This document shows, one piece after another, positions 19,831-28,488 of a stretch of DNA of 64,000 bases. Origin of the DNA: an uncultured Chloroflexia bacterium (GTDB lineage: Bacteria; Chloroflexota; Chloroflexia; QHBQ01; JADMIH01). Under the pieces are notes generated by a model, which did no database searches, was not told the DNA's origin, and saw only the letters and a program-made list of their open reading frames with translations. The stretch lies in NCBI GenBank assembly GCA_963797095.1, contig CAWCNY010000007.1, positions 136,238 to 200,237 on the forward strand, read 5' to 3'. Every line of letters starts with the position of its first letter. Positions within the stretch are counted from its first letter, which is position 1. The position numbers and the translations under genes were made by a program.

Positions 19831-21054
19831 ATGTCCACTTATCTTATACGCCGATTCTTTCAGACGCTGGCCTTTATTTTCGTTGCATGGCTGGCGGTTT
19901 ATACTGTGCTCGTTTACGTGATGCCGAACGGGCCGAGAGCCAGGTATGCACGGGCGCTTGAAAGCGGAGGGATAGATATTATTCAGACGGGAACGCAGGT
20001 ATTTCCCGCTACGGCATTTGCGATGGAATACCAGTACAAGGTCGATAAGCCGTGGCCCTTCAGTTTCCTGACCTGGCTGTTCGATCCGAGTGATACGACG
20101 GAGACGGTGTTTGATGAAAACAACGATCAGGTGGAGGTGACCAAGGGGATCGATATTGCGATTGGCCCTGTACGCTTGAGAGGGTCGGGGATATTGACAG
20201 GCAACTTCGGCTACGTGGAGCGCACTTCGGGGCTGGGTATTAGCCGCCCTGAGCCTGTAATGGATGTGATCGGGTCGAGGTGGGGCAATACGGTGAGTAT
20301 GATTGGGTTGGCTTTTATAGTGGCTTTGCTGCTGGCGATCCCGGTGGGGATCATTGCGGCGGTGAGGCAGCGGACTATGCTTGACAATGCGCTCACGTTT
20401 GCGACTTTCACGGGGTTTTCCATACCACCGTTCATGCTGGGTATGCTGATGGTGATCATATTCGGGGTGCTGCCCTACCAGTTCAGGGCGCGATTCGGGT
20501 GGGATTGGCTGCCGTTCTTTCCGGCGGCGTATGTGGCAGATAGCTCGGACCTGTACGATAGTATCCCCAATCGGTTATACCACCTGGTGCTTCCTGTGGC
20601 GACGCTGGCCTTACCGCAGATTGCGTTGTTATCAAGGCAGGTGCGGTTTTCTATGCTGGAGGTGATGAAGCAGGACTTTATACGCACGGCGTGGGCGAAG
20701 GGGGTATCGGCGCGGCGGGTGATCCTGAAGCATACGTTTCGCAACGCGCTGATCCCGATTATTACGACTATAGGGCTGGCGATCCCTGTGATTCTTTCGG
20801 GGGCGATCATGGTGGAGTCGATTTTCAGCTATGCAGGCATGGGGCAGCTTTACTACCGAGCACTGGGGGGATGCCTGGCGACAGGTCCTTCTGTGGAGTT
20901 TTTCTGTCCACCTGACCAGCGCCTGCTGCCGCTTGATTATCCCACTACGCTTGCGCTTACTTTGCTAATCATTGTGGTGGTGGCGTTCTCAAACATGATC
21001 GCTGATGTTCTTTATACGTTCGCGGACCCTCGTATCAGCTACAAATCGCGCTAG
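19831..21054 (+). CDS. Peptide ABC transporter permease (OppB/DppB type)
   Basis: YLIRR, HLVLP, FIRTAWAKG, RNALIPIIT, ESIFSYAGMG, DVLYTFADPRI. Confidence 0.93.
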   Translation: MSTYLIRRFFQTLAFIFVAWLAVYTVLVYVMPNGPRARYARALESGGIDIIQTGTQVFPATAFAMEYQYKVDKPWPFSFLTWLFDPSDTTETVFDENNDQVEVTKGIDIAIGPVRLRGSGILTGNFGYVERTSGLGISRPEPVMDVIGSRWGNTVSMIGLAFIVALLLAIPVGIIAAVRQRTMLDNALTFATFTGFSIPPFMLGMLMVIIFGVLPYQFRARFGWDWLPFFPAAYVADSSDLYDSIPNRLYHLVLPVATLALPQIALLSRQVRFSMLEVMKQDFIRTAWAKGVSARRVILKHTFRNALIPIITTIGLAIPVILSGAIMVESIFSYAGMGQLYYRALGGCLATGPSVEFFCPPDQRLLPLDYPTTLALTLLIIVVVAFSNMIADVLYTFADPRISYKSR

Positions 21055-21078
21055 CGGTACAAAGAGCGCATTCTAAAC

Positions 21079-21113
21079 AAAGGAAGTTGGCGGTGAGATC
21101 GCCAACTTCCTTT
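21079..21113 (+). terminator. Intrinsic terminator
   Basis: AAAGGAAGTTGGCG-loop-CGCCAACTTCCTTT just after the permease stop. Confidence 0.8.
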
Positions 21114-21220
21114 GTTAGGACGTTCCAGGCGTGAATGCGAAAGGCGCGTGGATGCGCGAAAGGAAAAGGAGTAGTACTAAAGTACTGGAAAATTGCTAGC
21201 CGGCAAAAGTGAATATTCCC

Positions 21221-21249
21221 TTGCAATCCCATTGTGGAATAGATATACT
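21221..21249 (+). promoter_or_regulatory. Sigma70-type promoter ahead of a ~270-nt structured leader
   Basis: TTGCAA-N17-TATACT. Confidence 0.65.
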
Positions 21250-21528
21250 CTTTGCATTCTTTCGCGACCACAGGGGCGCCGAAGGCAGCGAAAGGACCCA
21301 AAGGCGGCAAGGTAGCGTATGGCGAAACGGCCAGCGATTTGCAGCAATAAAGGCCACAGGCTCGACAAGAGGTCATCGTAGGATAGAGCGAAATAGGTTA
21401 GCTCATCACTAATACGAATAGCCTCACGGGCGCGTGGCCTTTTTGCTTGTATGGCGTTTTGGCTAGAAGCGCTTACGCAATTGCCGAATCGAGAGAAGGG
21501 AAGACAGAGAGAGCAAAGGAGAAGAAGC

Positions 21529-23937
21529 ATGCTGAGACACCAACGTAGTCAACTCTTGCAGATAGGTGTTGCGGTATTGATGATGGTGCTACTGGCTCAA
21601 CTGGGGACCTGGGTTGGCTCACAGACCGGGCCGGCAGCGGTCACGCCCCAGAACAACACCCCGATGATGGCATCGGTGGCAGGCGCACCCGCTGACCAGG
21701 GTAAGGGACAGGCAGTGGATGCGCCGCCGTTCGAGGTGGGTAAGGATGCGATGCATGACGTGTCGCCACCCCTGCGCGACATTCCACCTGTGCCATACGA
21801 CAAACCGAGTAGCATACGAGAGATGACCGAGCCGGGCGGCGAAGGGTCAGGTGCAGCGCCATTGCCTGACGTAAGCGACCCGGTGGTGCAGAACAATTTC
21901 GGTAACCAGATCGATGCGCCCTCGCCGAGCAAGAACTTCGAGGGCATAACTAACCGCAACGGCGTGTACCCACCCGATACGAACGGAGATGTGGGGCCGA
22001 ACAACTATGTACAGATCGTGAACCTTTCGTTCCAGGTGTTCAACAAGAGCGGCGGGTCGTTGTATGGGCCTGTAAACTCCAACACTATCTGGTCGGGGTT
22101 TGGAGGGTCATGCCAGACCCGCAACGACGGCGACCCGATCGTGCTGTACAACTCGATGGCTGACAGGTGGCTCGTCTCGCAGTTTACGGCAGCCAGCCCT
22201 TACGGCCAGTGCGTGGCGATCTCGACCTCGCCCGACCCAACAGGATCGTATTACAGGTACTTCTTCCAGTTCAGCACGTCCACTTTCTATGACTATCCGC
22301 ACCTGGGCGTGTGGCCCGATGGGTATTACATGGGCGCGAACCGCTTCACCGGCAACACATATAACGGCGGGGCTGCCATTGTGTTCAACCGGGCAAATAT
22401 GCTGCAGGGTCTTTCGGCTACGTTCCAATCATTCAACCTGAGCAGCAGCTACGGCACGCCTTTCCCATCGGACCTGGATGGCCCCACGCCACCACCGACA
22501 GGCGCGCCCAACTACTTCATGAGCCGGGGCACGAACGTGCTTGACCTGTTCAAGTTCCACGTCGATTGGACAACACCATCTAACTCGACCTTCACGGGAC
22601 CAACTGCTCTATCGACAGCGGCCTACAACGTGTTGTGCTCAACTACTCGCAATTGTGTGCAGCAGCCCGGTACATCGGTAAGGCTAGATGGACTTGGGGA
22701 CAGGCTTATGTTCCGCGTGGCTTACCGCAACTTCGGAGACCACGAGTCTATCGTGACCAACCACTCGGTCAATGTAAGCGGCGGGCTGGCCGGCGTGCGC
22801 TGGTACGAGGTGCGCAACCCCGGTGGCTCACCGAGCATCTACCAGCAAGGGACCTATTCACCCGATAACACGAACAGATGGATGGGCAGCGTGGCGATGG
22901 ACGGGCAAGGGAACATGGCGATGGTATACAGCGCTTCATCGTCGTCTGTGTATCCTGGCATAAGGTATACGGGAAGATTGGCGACCGATCCTCTCGGGCA
23001 GATGTCACAGGGAGAAACCACCCTGATCGCAGGGAGCGGCTCGCAGACGGGAACGGCGTCGAGGTGGGGCGACTATTCGATGATGACGATTGACCCCAGC
23101 GACGACTGCACGTTCTGGATGACGACCGAATATATTCAGACCACAGGGACGGCAAGCTGGCAAACGCGGATCGGGGCGTTCAAGTTCCCCGGCTGCGGCG
23201 GCACGCCTCCTACGCCTACCAACACTCCTGTGGTGGCTCCGACCAATACGCCCACGCGCACGCCGACCGGCTTGCCTACAAATACGCCTACTCGCACTCC
23301 TACCAACACTCCGACAAATACGCCAGGGACAGGAGCCACTAATACACCAACACGAACACCAACCATCACACGCACACCTACGCGCACCCTTACGCCCACT
23401 CGCACTCCTACATCCGCTTTACCTACGAATACACCAACGAGCACTCCTACACCCGGATCGGGCGGTTGCAGCAACATCATTGCTAACGGTGGGTTCGAGA
23501 GTGGATCGACCTCCTGGGTTGAAAGCTCATCGGGCGGCTACGAGCTAGTTGTCAACAATCGCCCGCACACAGGCTCGTTAGGCGTGTGGGAAGGCGGTTA
23601 CAACAACGCTACGGAGAGTATCTACCAGACGGTGACAATTCCATCTAACGCTACTTCGGCGGACCTGAGCTTCTGGTGGTATATGACATCAAGCGAAGGA
23701 ACGGGTACGGCGTATGACTATATGTATGCGGAGGTAAGGAACACCAGCGGCACGCTGCTTGGAACACTCCAAACTCTGAGCAACAAGAGTACACGCAACT
23801 CGTGGGTACAGTCTAGCGGCCTGAGCCTGCTGGCCTGGAAGGGACAGACAGTGAGGGTCCAGTTCAGGACGACCACCAATTCGTCGTTGCAGACGTCGTT
23901 CTATATAGACGATGTGGCTCTAAATTCCTGCAATTAG
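21529..23937 (+). CDS. Large secreted protein: beta-rich catalytic/adhesin-like domain, Thr/Pro linker, C-terminal jelly-roll-like domain
   Basis: Signal peptide; [30 protein letters not shown] motifs; TPTNTP linker; C-terminal NGGFE...FYIDDV. Confidence 0.85.
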   Translation: MLRHQRSQLLQIGVAVLMMVLLAQLGTWVGSQTGPAAVTPQNNTPMMASVAGAPADQGKGQAVDAPPFEVGKDAMHDVSPPLRDIPPVPYDKPSSIREMTEPGGEGSGAAPLPDVSDPVVQNNFGNQIDAPSPSKNFEGITNRNGVYPPDTNGDVGPNNYVQIVNLSFQVFNKSGGSLYGPVNSNTIWSGFGGSCQTRNDGDPIVLYNSMADRWLVSQFTAASPYGQCVAISTSPDPTGSYYRYFFQFSTSTFYDYPHLGVWPDGYYMGANRFTGNTYNGGAAIVFNRANMLQGLSATFQSFNLSSSYGTPFPSDLDGPTPPPTGAPNYFMSRGTNVLDLFKFHVDWTTPSNSTFTGPTALSTAAYNVLCSTTRNCVQQPGTSVRLDGLGDRLMFRVAYRNFGDHESIVTNHSVNVSGGLAGVRWYEVRNPGGSPSIYQQGTYSPDNTNRWMGSVAMDGQGNMAMVYSASSSSVYPGIRYTGRLATDPLGQMSQGETTLIAGSGSQTGTASRWGDYSMMTIDPSDDCTFWMTTEYIQTTGTASWQTRIGAFKFPGCGGTPPTPTNTPVVAPTNTPTRTPTGLPTNTPTRTPTNTPTNTPGTGATNTPTRTPTITRTPTRTLTPTRTPTSALPTNTPTSTPTPGSGGCSNIIANGGFESGSTSWVESSSGGYELVVNNRPHTGSLGVWEGGYNNATESIYQTVTIPSNATSADLSFWWYMTSSEGTGTAYDYMYAEVRNTSGTLLGTLQTLSNKSTRNSWVQSSGLSLLAWKGQTVRVQFRTTTNSSLQTSFYIDDVALNSCN

Positions 23938-23971
23938 CGGGATGAGGAAACGTCTGGAATAGAAGATGGGT

Positions 23972-24119
23972 CATCCCGAATTATGGGTTTGTGCGTAAAA
24001 CGGTTGGGGAGTGACCAAAGACCCTCCCCAACCCCTCCCCAACCCCTCCCCAAATTTGGGGAGGGGCTTTCTTAGAGCCGGATTTTACACGAGCGAACCT
24101 GAATCTCAAATTCGGGATG
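23972..24119. repeat. ~150-bp element bounded by inverted repeats, enclosing a (CCCCTCCCCAA)x3 / TTGGGGAGGGG palindrome
   Basis: Termini CATCCCGAATT (23972-23982) and AATTCGGGATG (24109-24119); internal palindrome at ~24021-24066. Confidence 0.6.
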
Positions 24120-24148
24120 TCTTACGCTTATTTGTTTTGGGCCAAGCG

Positions 24149-25144
24149 TTATGAATTGGCAAACGATTGTGCGGATAGGGTTTTGCGATAGATATGGTAA
24201 AGCTGGACGATGCGCATACCGGCCTGGGCGTAGACGCGTGGGGCTTTGGTGAGGTTAGCACTGTCGACGCTTAGCTGAGCGGTAGGAATGCCGTGGGCAT
24301 GAAACTTGTGGAAGGAGTGGAGGAGTAGAGCCGTGCCGAGGCCGCATTTGCGCCAGGGGCGGCGGACACCAAGGTGATCTACCCGGGCGGTGTTGGTGGC
24401 GGCGGTGTTGGTGGCGGAGGTGTTGGTGGCGGAGTGGTAGTAGTTTAGGCATACGCCCGCGATGTCAGGACCGTCGTTGGCGAGAAACCAGAGGGTAGGG
24501 TCGAAATCGGGCTTATTGAGACCCATGCGATTGGCCCATCTATCGAAGGTGAGAGGGGAGTGGTAGCCTTTATCCTCACCCAATTCCTCGTCGGCGGCGT
24601 AGGTAGCCTGGTCATCCTGGCCTGGAACGAAGGTGCGGACGGTGATGCCGGGCGGGAAATTGGGTTCGGATAAGGGTTGAGTGAGGTTGAGGTCGATCTG
24701 CATGATCTGGAAGGAGAGATTGAGGTCATATCCGGCATGCTCGAAGGCGCGTTGGGCGGGTTTGTTGGCGTCAAAGACGCGGCCAAAGAGGATTGCGGGT
24801 TCGGCGGAAGTTGCCGTGTGACGTTCCCGAGCGCGGCTTTCAGCGAGGGAAATAAGGTGGGATTCGATGCCATGGTCGCGGCAGTTGGGAAGGACGTTGA
24901 TGGCTACCCAGGTGTCGGCGGAATCGGGCAGCAATTCCGCGCAGGCAACTACCTGACCCTTCGGATCGACGGCGAGCCATGCATCGCTATCCAGGTCGAC
25001 TTTACCGGATTGCCAGGAGGTGCGGAGATCGTCTTCTGTGAGGCTTGAGGAACCAAAGTCGTAGATACGGAAAGCATATTGGACCTGGAAGACGGATGAC
25101 AGGTCGTCTAGGGTGGGGTGGCGGAAGGTGTATGGTAATTGCAT
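24149..25144 (-). CDS. Tandem-domain GNAT N-acetyltransferase
   Basis: LGVRRPWRKCGLG...LSVDSANLTKAPRVY; internal 15-bp tandem repeat encoding (S/A)ATNT x3. Confidence 0.85.
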   Translation of the reverse strand: MQLPYTFRHPTLDDLSSVFQVQYAFRIYDFGSSSLTEDDLRTSWQSGKVDLDSDAWLAVDPKGQVVACAELLPDSADTWVAINVLPNCRDHGIESHLISLAESRARERHTATSAEPAILFGRVFDANKPAQRAFEHAGYDLNLSFQIMQIDLNLTQPLSEPNFPPGITVRTFVPGQDDQATYAADEELGEDKGYHSPLTFDRWANRMGLNKPDFDPTLWFLANDGPDIAGVCLNYYHSATNTSATNTAATNTARVDHLGVRRPWRKCGLGTALLLHSFHKFHAHGIPTAQLSVDSANLTKAPRVYAQAGMRIVQLYHIYRKTLSAQSFANS

Positions 25145-25229
25145 GGGGTGGCCGCTGTTGATGTGGCCATCTGGGGCGCACAAGGCCAGTATACCATGCA
25201 GATTTACAGGTTGCAGGGCGTATCCGGTA

Positions 25230-26531
25230 TTAGCTGCCGAGATAGACCGAGCCGTCAGAGCCTACTACTAATGCAATGGAGGAGAGAGGGCGGCGGGCCG
25301 GCCCACGCAGCACCTCGCCGGTGGTGGCATCGAATCTGGCCCCGTGGCAGGGACAGCTTAGCATGGTGGAACTGGTAGGGATGACCTCACAACCTTCGTG
25401 AGTGCAAATGGCTACATAGGCGCTGTAGCCCGCATCATTGTGGACGATCAGAGCGGGTTCGCCCGTTGGCAATGTAAACTGGCCCGCCTGTCCTATTGGG
25501 AGTTGCCCAGGTTGAAGGAGTTGTGTGAGGCCGGACGTTGCAGGCTCAGGGGTGGGGGTATCAGCGGGCGGCTGAGGGGTGGGAGATGGGGCTTGCGGTT
25601 CTGTCGGTGAGAGGGGCGAAGCAGGGGCCTCAGGCACGGTGGTGGCCGCCGGAGCCTGTGTCGCCGTCGGAGCCACAGGTGGAATAGTGGGCTTTGGAAA
25701 GGTGCCAGGAGTTGGTGAGGAGGATGGGTTGTTGGCGACATTGACGGAGGCATTGCCGGAGCGTGGGTGGAGGATCCCCCAACCCAGGCCGACAGCAGCC
25801 ATCGCCATGGCAACAAGTCCGGTCGCGCCCCCGGCCAGCACTGCCCGTCTGGTGTAGATATTATCCGCCGGTTGGGTAACGGAGGAAGGAGGGAGGGAAC
25901 GCACAGTAGGGGGTAGGGACGAGGAGCTGGAAGTACGGGCCGAATTTGACCCGGCGGATTTGCGGTGAACGGAAGCTGATTGGGCTGAAGCCCTGGTGGG
26001 TTGGAGCGCGGCGCGCGGAGGCGCAGGGTAGAGAAGGAGCTTTACAAGCGAGTCGAGTGCGAGAGGGCCAGGCCCGGCCAGCGCGAGAGTGAGCCAGCAG
26101 AACATGTAAGGGAGGTCGGCACCGAAGTAGAAAGGCTGTATATCCCAGGTGGCCGAGAGAAAGAAGGTGAGGTTGAGAAGGAGACCCATTACCGCGCTGA
26201 AACGGGTGAAGAGACCCAGGAGGACAGCCAGGCCAATACAAAGCTCGCCACCCATGACCATAACTCCAAAGAGGGTAGCATTGGGTACGGCGACATGGAG
26301 CAAGAAGCCCTCAATAGGAGTGCCGGGGGCGAAGCGAGATATTTGCTGGCCGATGTAATCGTGGGCGGAGGGGTCGAGGTATGAGGGATCGGTGAGTTTG
26401 TCGATGCCTGCCGCGATAAAGCTATATGCCAGGAAGAAACGCATGGGCAGGATGATCCAATTGGGAATGAACTGGATAGTCAAAAGGTTCCTAAAGCGGT
26501 TCCGTTCGGGAGGGTGCGGTTTTGAAGACAT
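25230..26531 (-). CDS. DoxX/DoxD (TQO small subunit-like) membrane domain fused to a Rieske [2Fe-2S] domain
   Basis: N-terminal RFFLAYSFIAAGIDK...ELCIGL...GPLALD; C-terminal CTHEGC and CPCHG; internal TRRAVL followed by a TM helix. Confidence 0.9.
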   Translation of the reverse strand: MSSKPHPPERNRFRNLLTIQFIPNWIILPMRFFLAYSFIAAGIDKLTDPSYLDPSAHDYIGQQISRFAPGTPIEGFLLHVAVPNATLFGVMVMGGELCIGLAVLLGLFTRFSAVMGLLLNLTFFLSATWDIQPFYFGADLPYMFCWLTLALAGPGPLALDSLVKLLLYPAPPRAALQPTRASAQSASVHRKSAGSNSARTSSSSSLPPTVRSLPPSSVTQPADNIYTRRAVLAGGATGLVAMAMAAVGLGWGILHPRSGNASVNVANNPSSSPTPGTFPKPTIPPVAPTATQAPAATTVPEAPASPLSPTEPQAPSPTPQPPADTPTPEPATSGLTQLLQPGQLPIGQAGQFTLPTGEPALIVHNDAGYSAYVAICTHEGCEVIPTSSTMLSCPCHGARFDATTGEVLRGPARRPLSSIALVVGSDGSVYLGS

Positions 26532-26749
26532 CGATTATGTGCTCCTGGATGCAAGCACGGCTAGAGTTTGCTATGGGATAAATCTGACTCCACCACCGCA
26601 GTTGAGATTGTCAGAGATCGATCAGGAGTCTTGGAGATATTCTAAGTCTGCAAGATTAGAAAACCTTTGGAAACAAACCCATATACATTAATAAACTGTT
26701 AAAAGTGGATCACACCAGCAGAAGGGAAGGTGCGCTTAGGCGCACAAAT

Positions 26750-26783
26750 ACGAGGGGATGTATAGGAAGATACGTCCCCTCGT
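26750..26783 (-). terminator. Probable terminator hairpin after the thioesterase
   Basis: ACGAGGGGATGTA / TACGTCCCCTCGT. Confidence 0.6.
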
Positions 26784-26805
26784 TACACCCATAAGCCGCC
26801 GGTCG

Positions 26806-27339
26806 TTAGCTTCGCTGTCGGGCGCGTACTTCTTTTGAGTGCTCGTAAATCAGGCGAGCCCGTTCCATGTTCTCTTGTTCTTCGGGAGTTTCGGCGAGTA
26901 AAGGAGGGACGAGGGCCGGGCGGCCCTCGTCTCCGATGGCTACGAAGGTGAGGTAGCAAGAAGAAATAACGACCCTCTTACCGCCGGTGGGGTTTTCGGC
27001 TTCGACAACGGCATAGATGACCATGGAAGTGTGACCAACATACGCCACATTGGAGGTGATGGTAATGAGATCGCCAATATAAGCAGGTTCCTTGAAGTCC
27101 ATATGGTCGAGGGCAACAGTGACCACCTGGCGACCCGAGTGGCGCATAGCAGAGATGGCGCTGCCGACATCGACCATTTTCATGATAGAGCCGCCGTGGA
27201 CGTTACCCATGGGGTTGGCGTCGTTGGGGAGCATTACTTGCCCCAGGATCGAGCGGGAGGCAGACATTGGCTTGGGGTCGAGGGGGGCCGGTTGGCCGAA
27301 TTCACGGCGGCGGAACGTCTGGTTGGTCATATTGTTCAT
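26806..27339 (-). CDS. Acyl-CoA thioesterase (hotdog fold, YciA-like)
   Basis: PNDANPMGNVHGGSIMKMVD, VVTVALD, VGHTSM, YLTFVA. Confidence 0.92.
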   Translation of the reverse strand: MNNMTNQTFRRREFGQPAPLDPKPMSASRSILGQVMLPNDANPMGNVHGGSIMKMVDVGSAISAMRHSGRQVVTVALDHMDFKEPAYIGDLITITSNVAYVGHTSMVIYAVVEAENPTGGKRVVISSCYLTFVAIGDEGRPALVPPLLAETPEEQENMERARLIYEHSKEVRARQRS

Positions 27340-27440
27340 CTTTCTTGAACCACGAAGGTACAAAGATCACGAAGGGATCACGAAGATTATAAAGGGTCTG
27401 GGGTCGTGCGATTGGGAAAAGCACAATCAAAGAAGGCCAT

Positions 27441-28479
27441 TTAGAAATCATCAATGGGCCGATAGATAGCGCCTGGGGCGGAGAAGATAGCCCGGATATC
27501 GTCGTGGGTAACGGTAGGAGAGAGAGGGCGAGCGAACATCCTGTGATCGTCCTGCTCGTTGAGGGCGGAACCATCGTTGGTGCCGGCTATGGAATCGACC
27601 GGTTCTTCGTAAGGGAGGAAGAGGCGTCCGCCCACCTGACCTTCAGCGGTGTCTTTGAGGGCAGCTATGGTGAGAGTTGACATCGCACCTGTGTGGTTGG
27701 GGAGAGCGCATAACTCATAAACGGTGAAGACCTGGTCAAGATTGAATTGCTCGCGGGCGTGAGCGTAGCGGGGGCGGGGGTGGAGAAAGAGGCGAGGAGG
27801 TAAGCGCAAACATCCCCACCGGTAGATATGGCCGTGTAGATTGCGGAAGTGCAGGTGGTGGAGGGCCACAAGACGCTCAAAGGGAAGTAAACTTGCCAGT
27901 ACCAATCGCTACGAACGCCGGTGAGTGGACGAGCAATGTTATAGGCATCATAGATTGGGGCCAGCGATGCCCAGTCGTGGAAAGCGGATAGGTCAAGACG
28001 GTTGATGGTATATGGGGTGCCGGTTGTGAGGGTGGGGTACTGGCGTCTCAGCGCTCCGCGACGGTATGTGTGGGAGTAGTGATGAAAGTCGTGGCGCTCG
28101 TAGAGGGGTACACCGATCGGGCTGGAAAGAGGAGCATCCAGAGGCAGCCTTCGGCCCGCATAGCCTGGAAAGCGAGATTGAGGAGATTGCAGGCGTGCCC
28201 CTGGCGGCGGGCTTCTTCGCGGGTGGTGACGTGCGAGATGCAGCTCACCAGTTGGGGTGTGCCGTCAGCGTTACGCAGAGAATAGACATAGTAGCGGAGC
28301 GTGGCGAGCACAGTGCTTTCGGGAGAGACGGCGAGAAGGGTATGGTTGAGATAGTCAGGGTCGGAGATGCGTATGTAACGGCGGCTGCGCTCAGGGTCGT
28401 TGCTGCCGAAGGTGTGGGCCCAGAGGGCGACAACCCGGTCTTCGTCTTCGGGGCGCATACGGCGATATTCGACTGACAT
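27441..28479 (-). CDS. Eis-like GNAT acetyltransferase split by two homopolymer frameshifts (~28127 and ~27775)
   Basis: N-terminal VTTREEARRQGHA. Adding one T restores LFSSPIGVPLYERHDF; one base added in the C-runs joins the C-terminal ORF 27441..27905. Confidence 0.72.
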
Positions 28480-28488
28480 GACTGCTCC

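Noticed and set aside
21270-21300. Glycine riboswitch (CGCCGAAGG motif)
   Set aside because: Lacks the GGAGA and CUCUCAGG elements, and the downstream gene is unrelated to glycine metabolism
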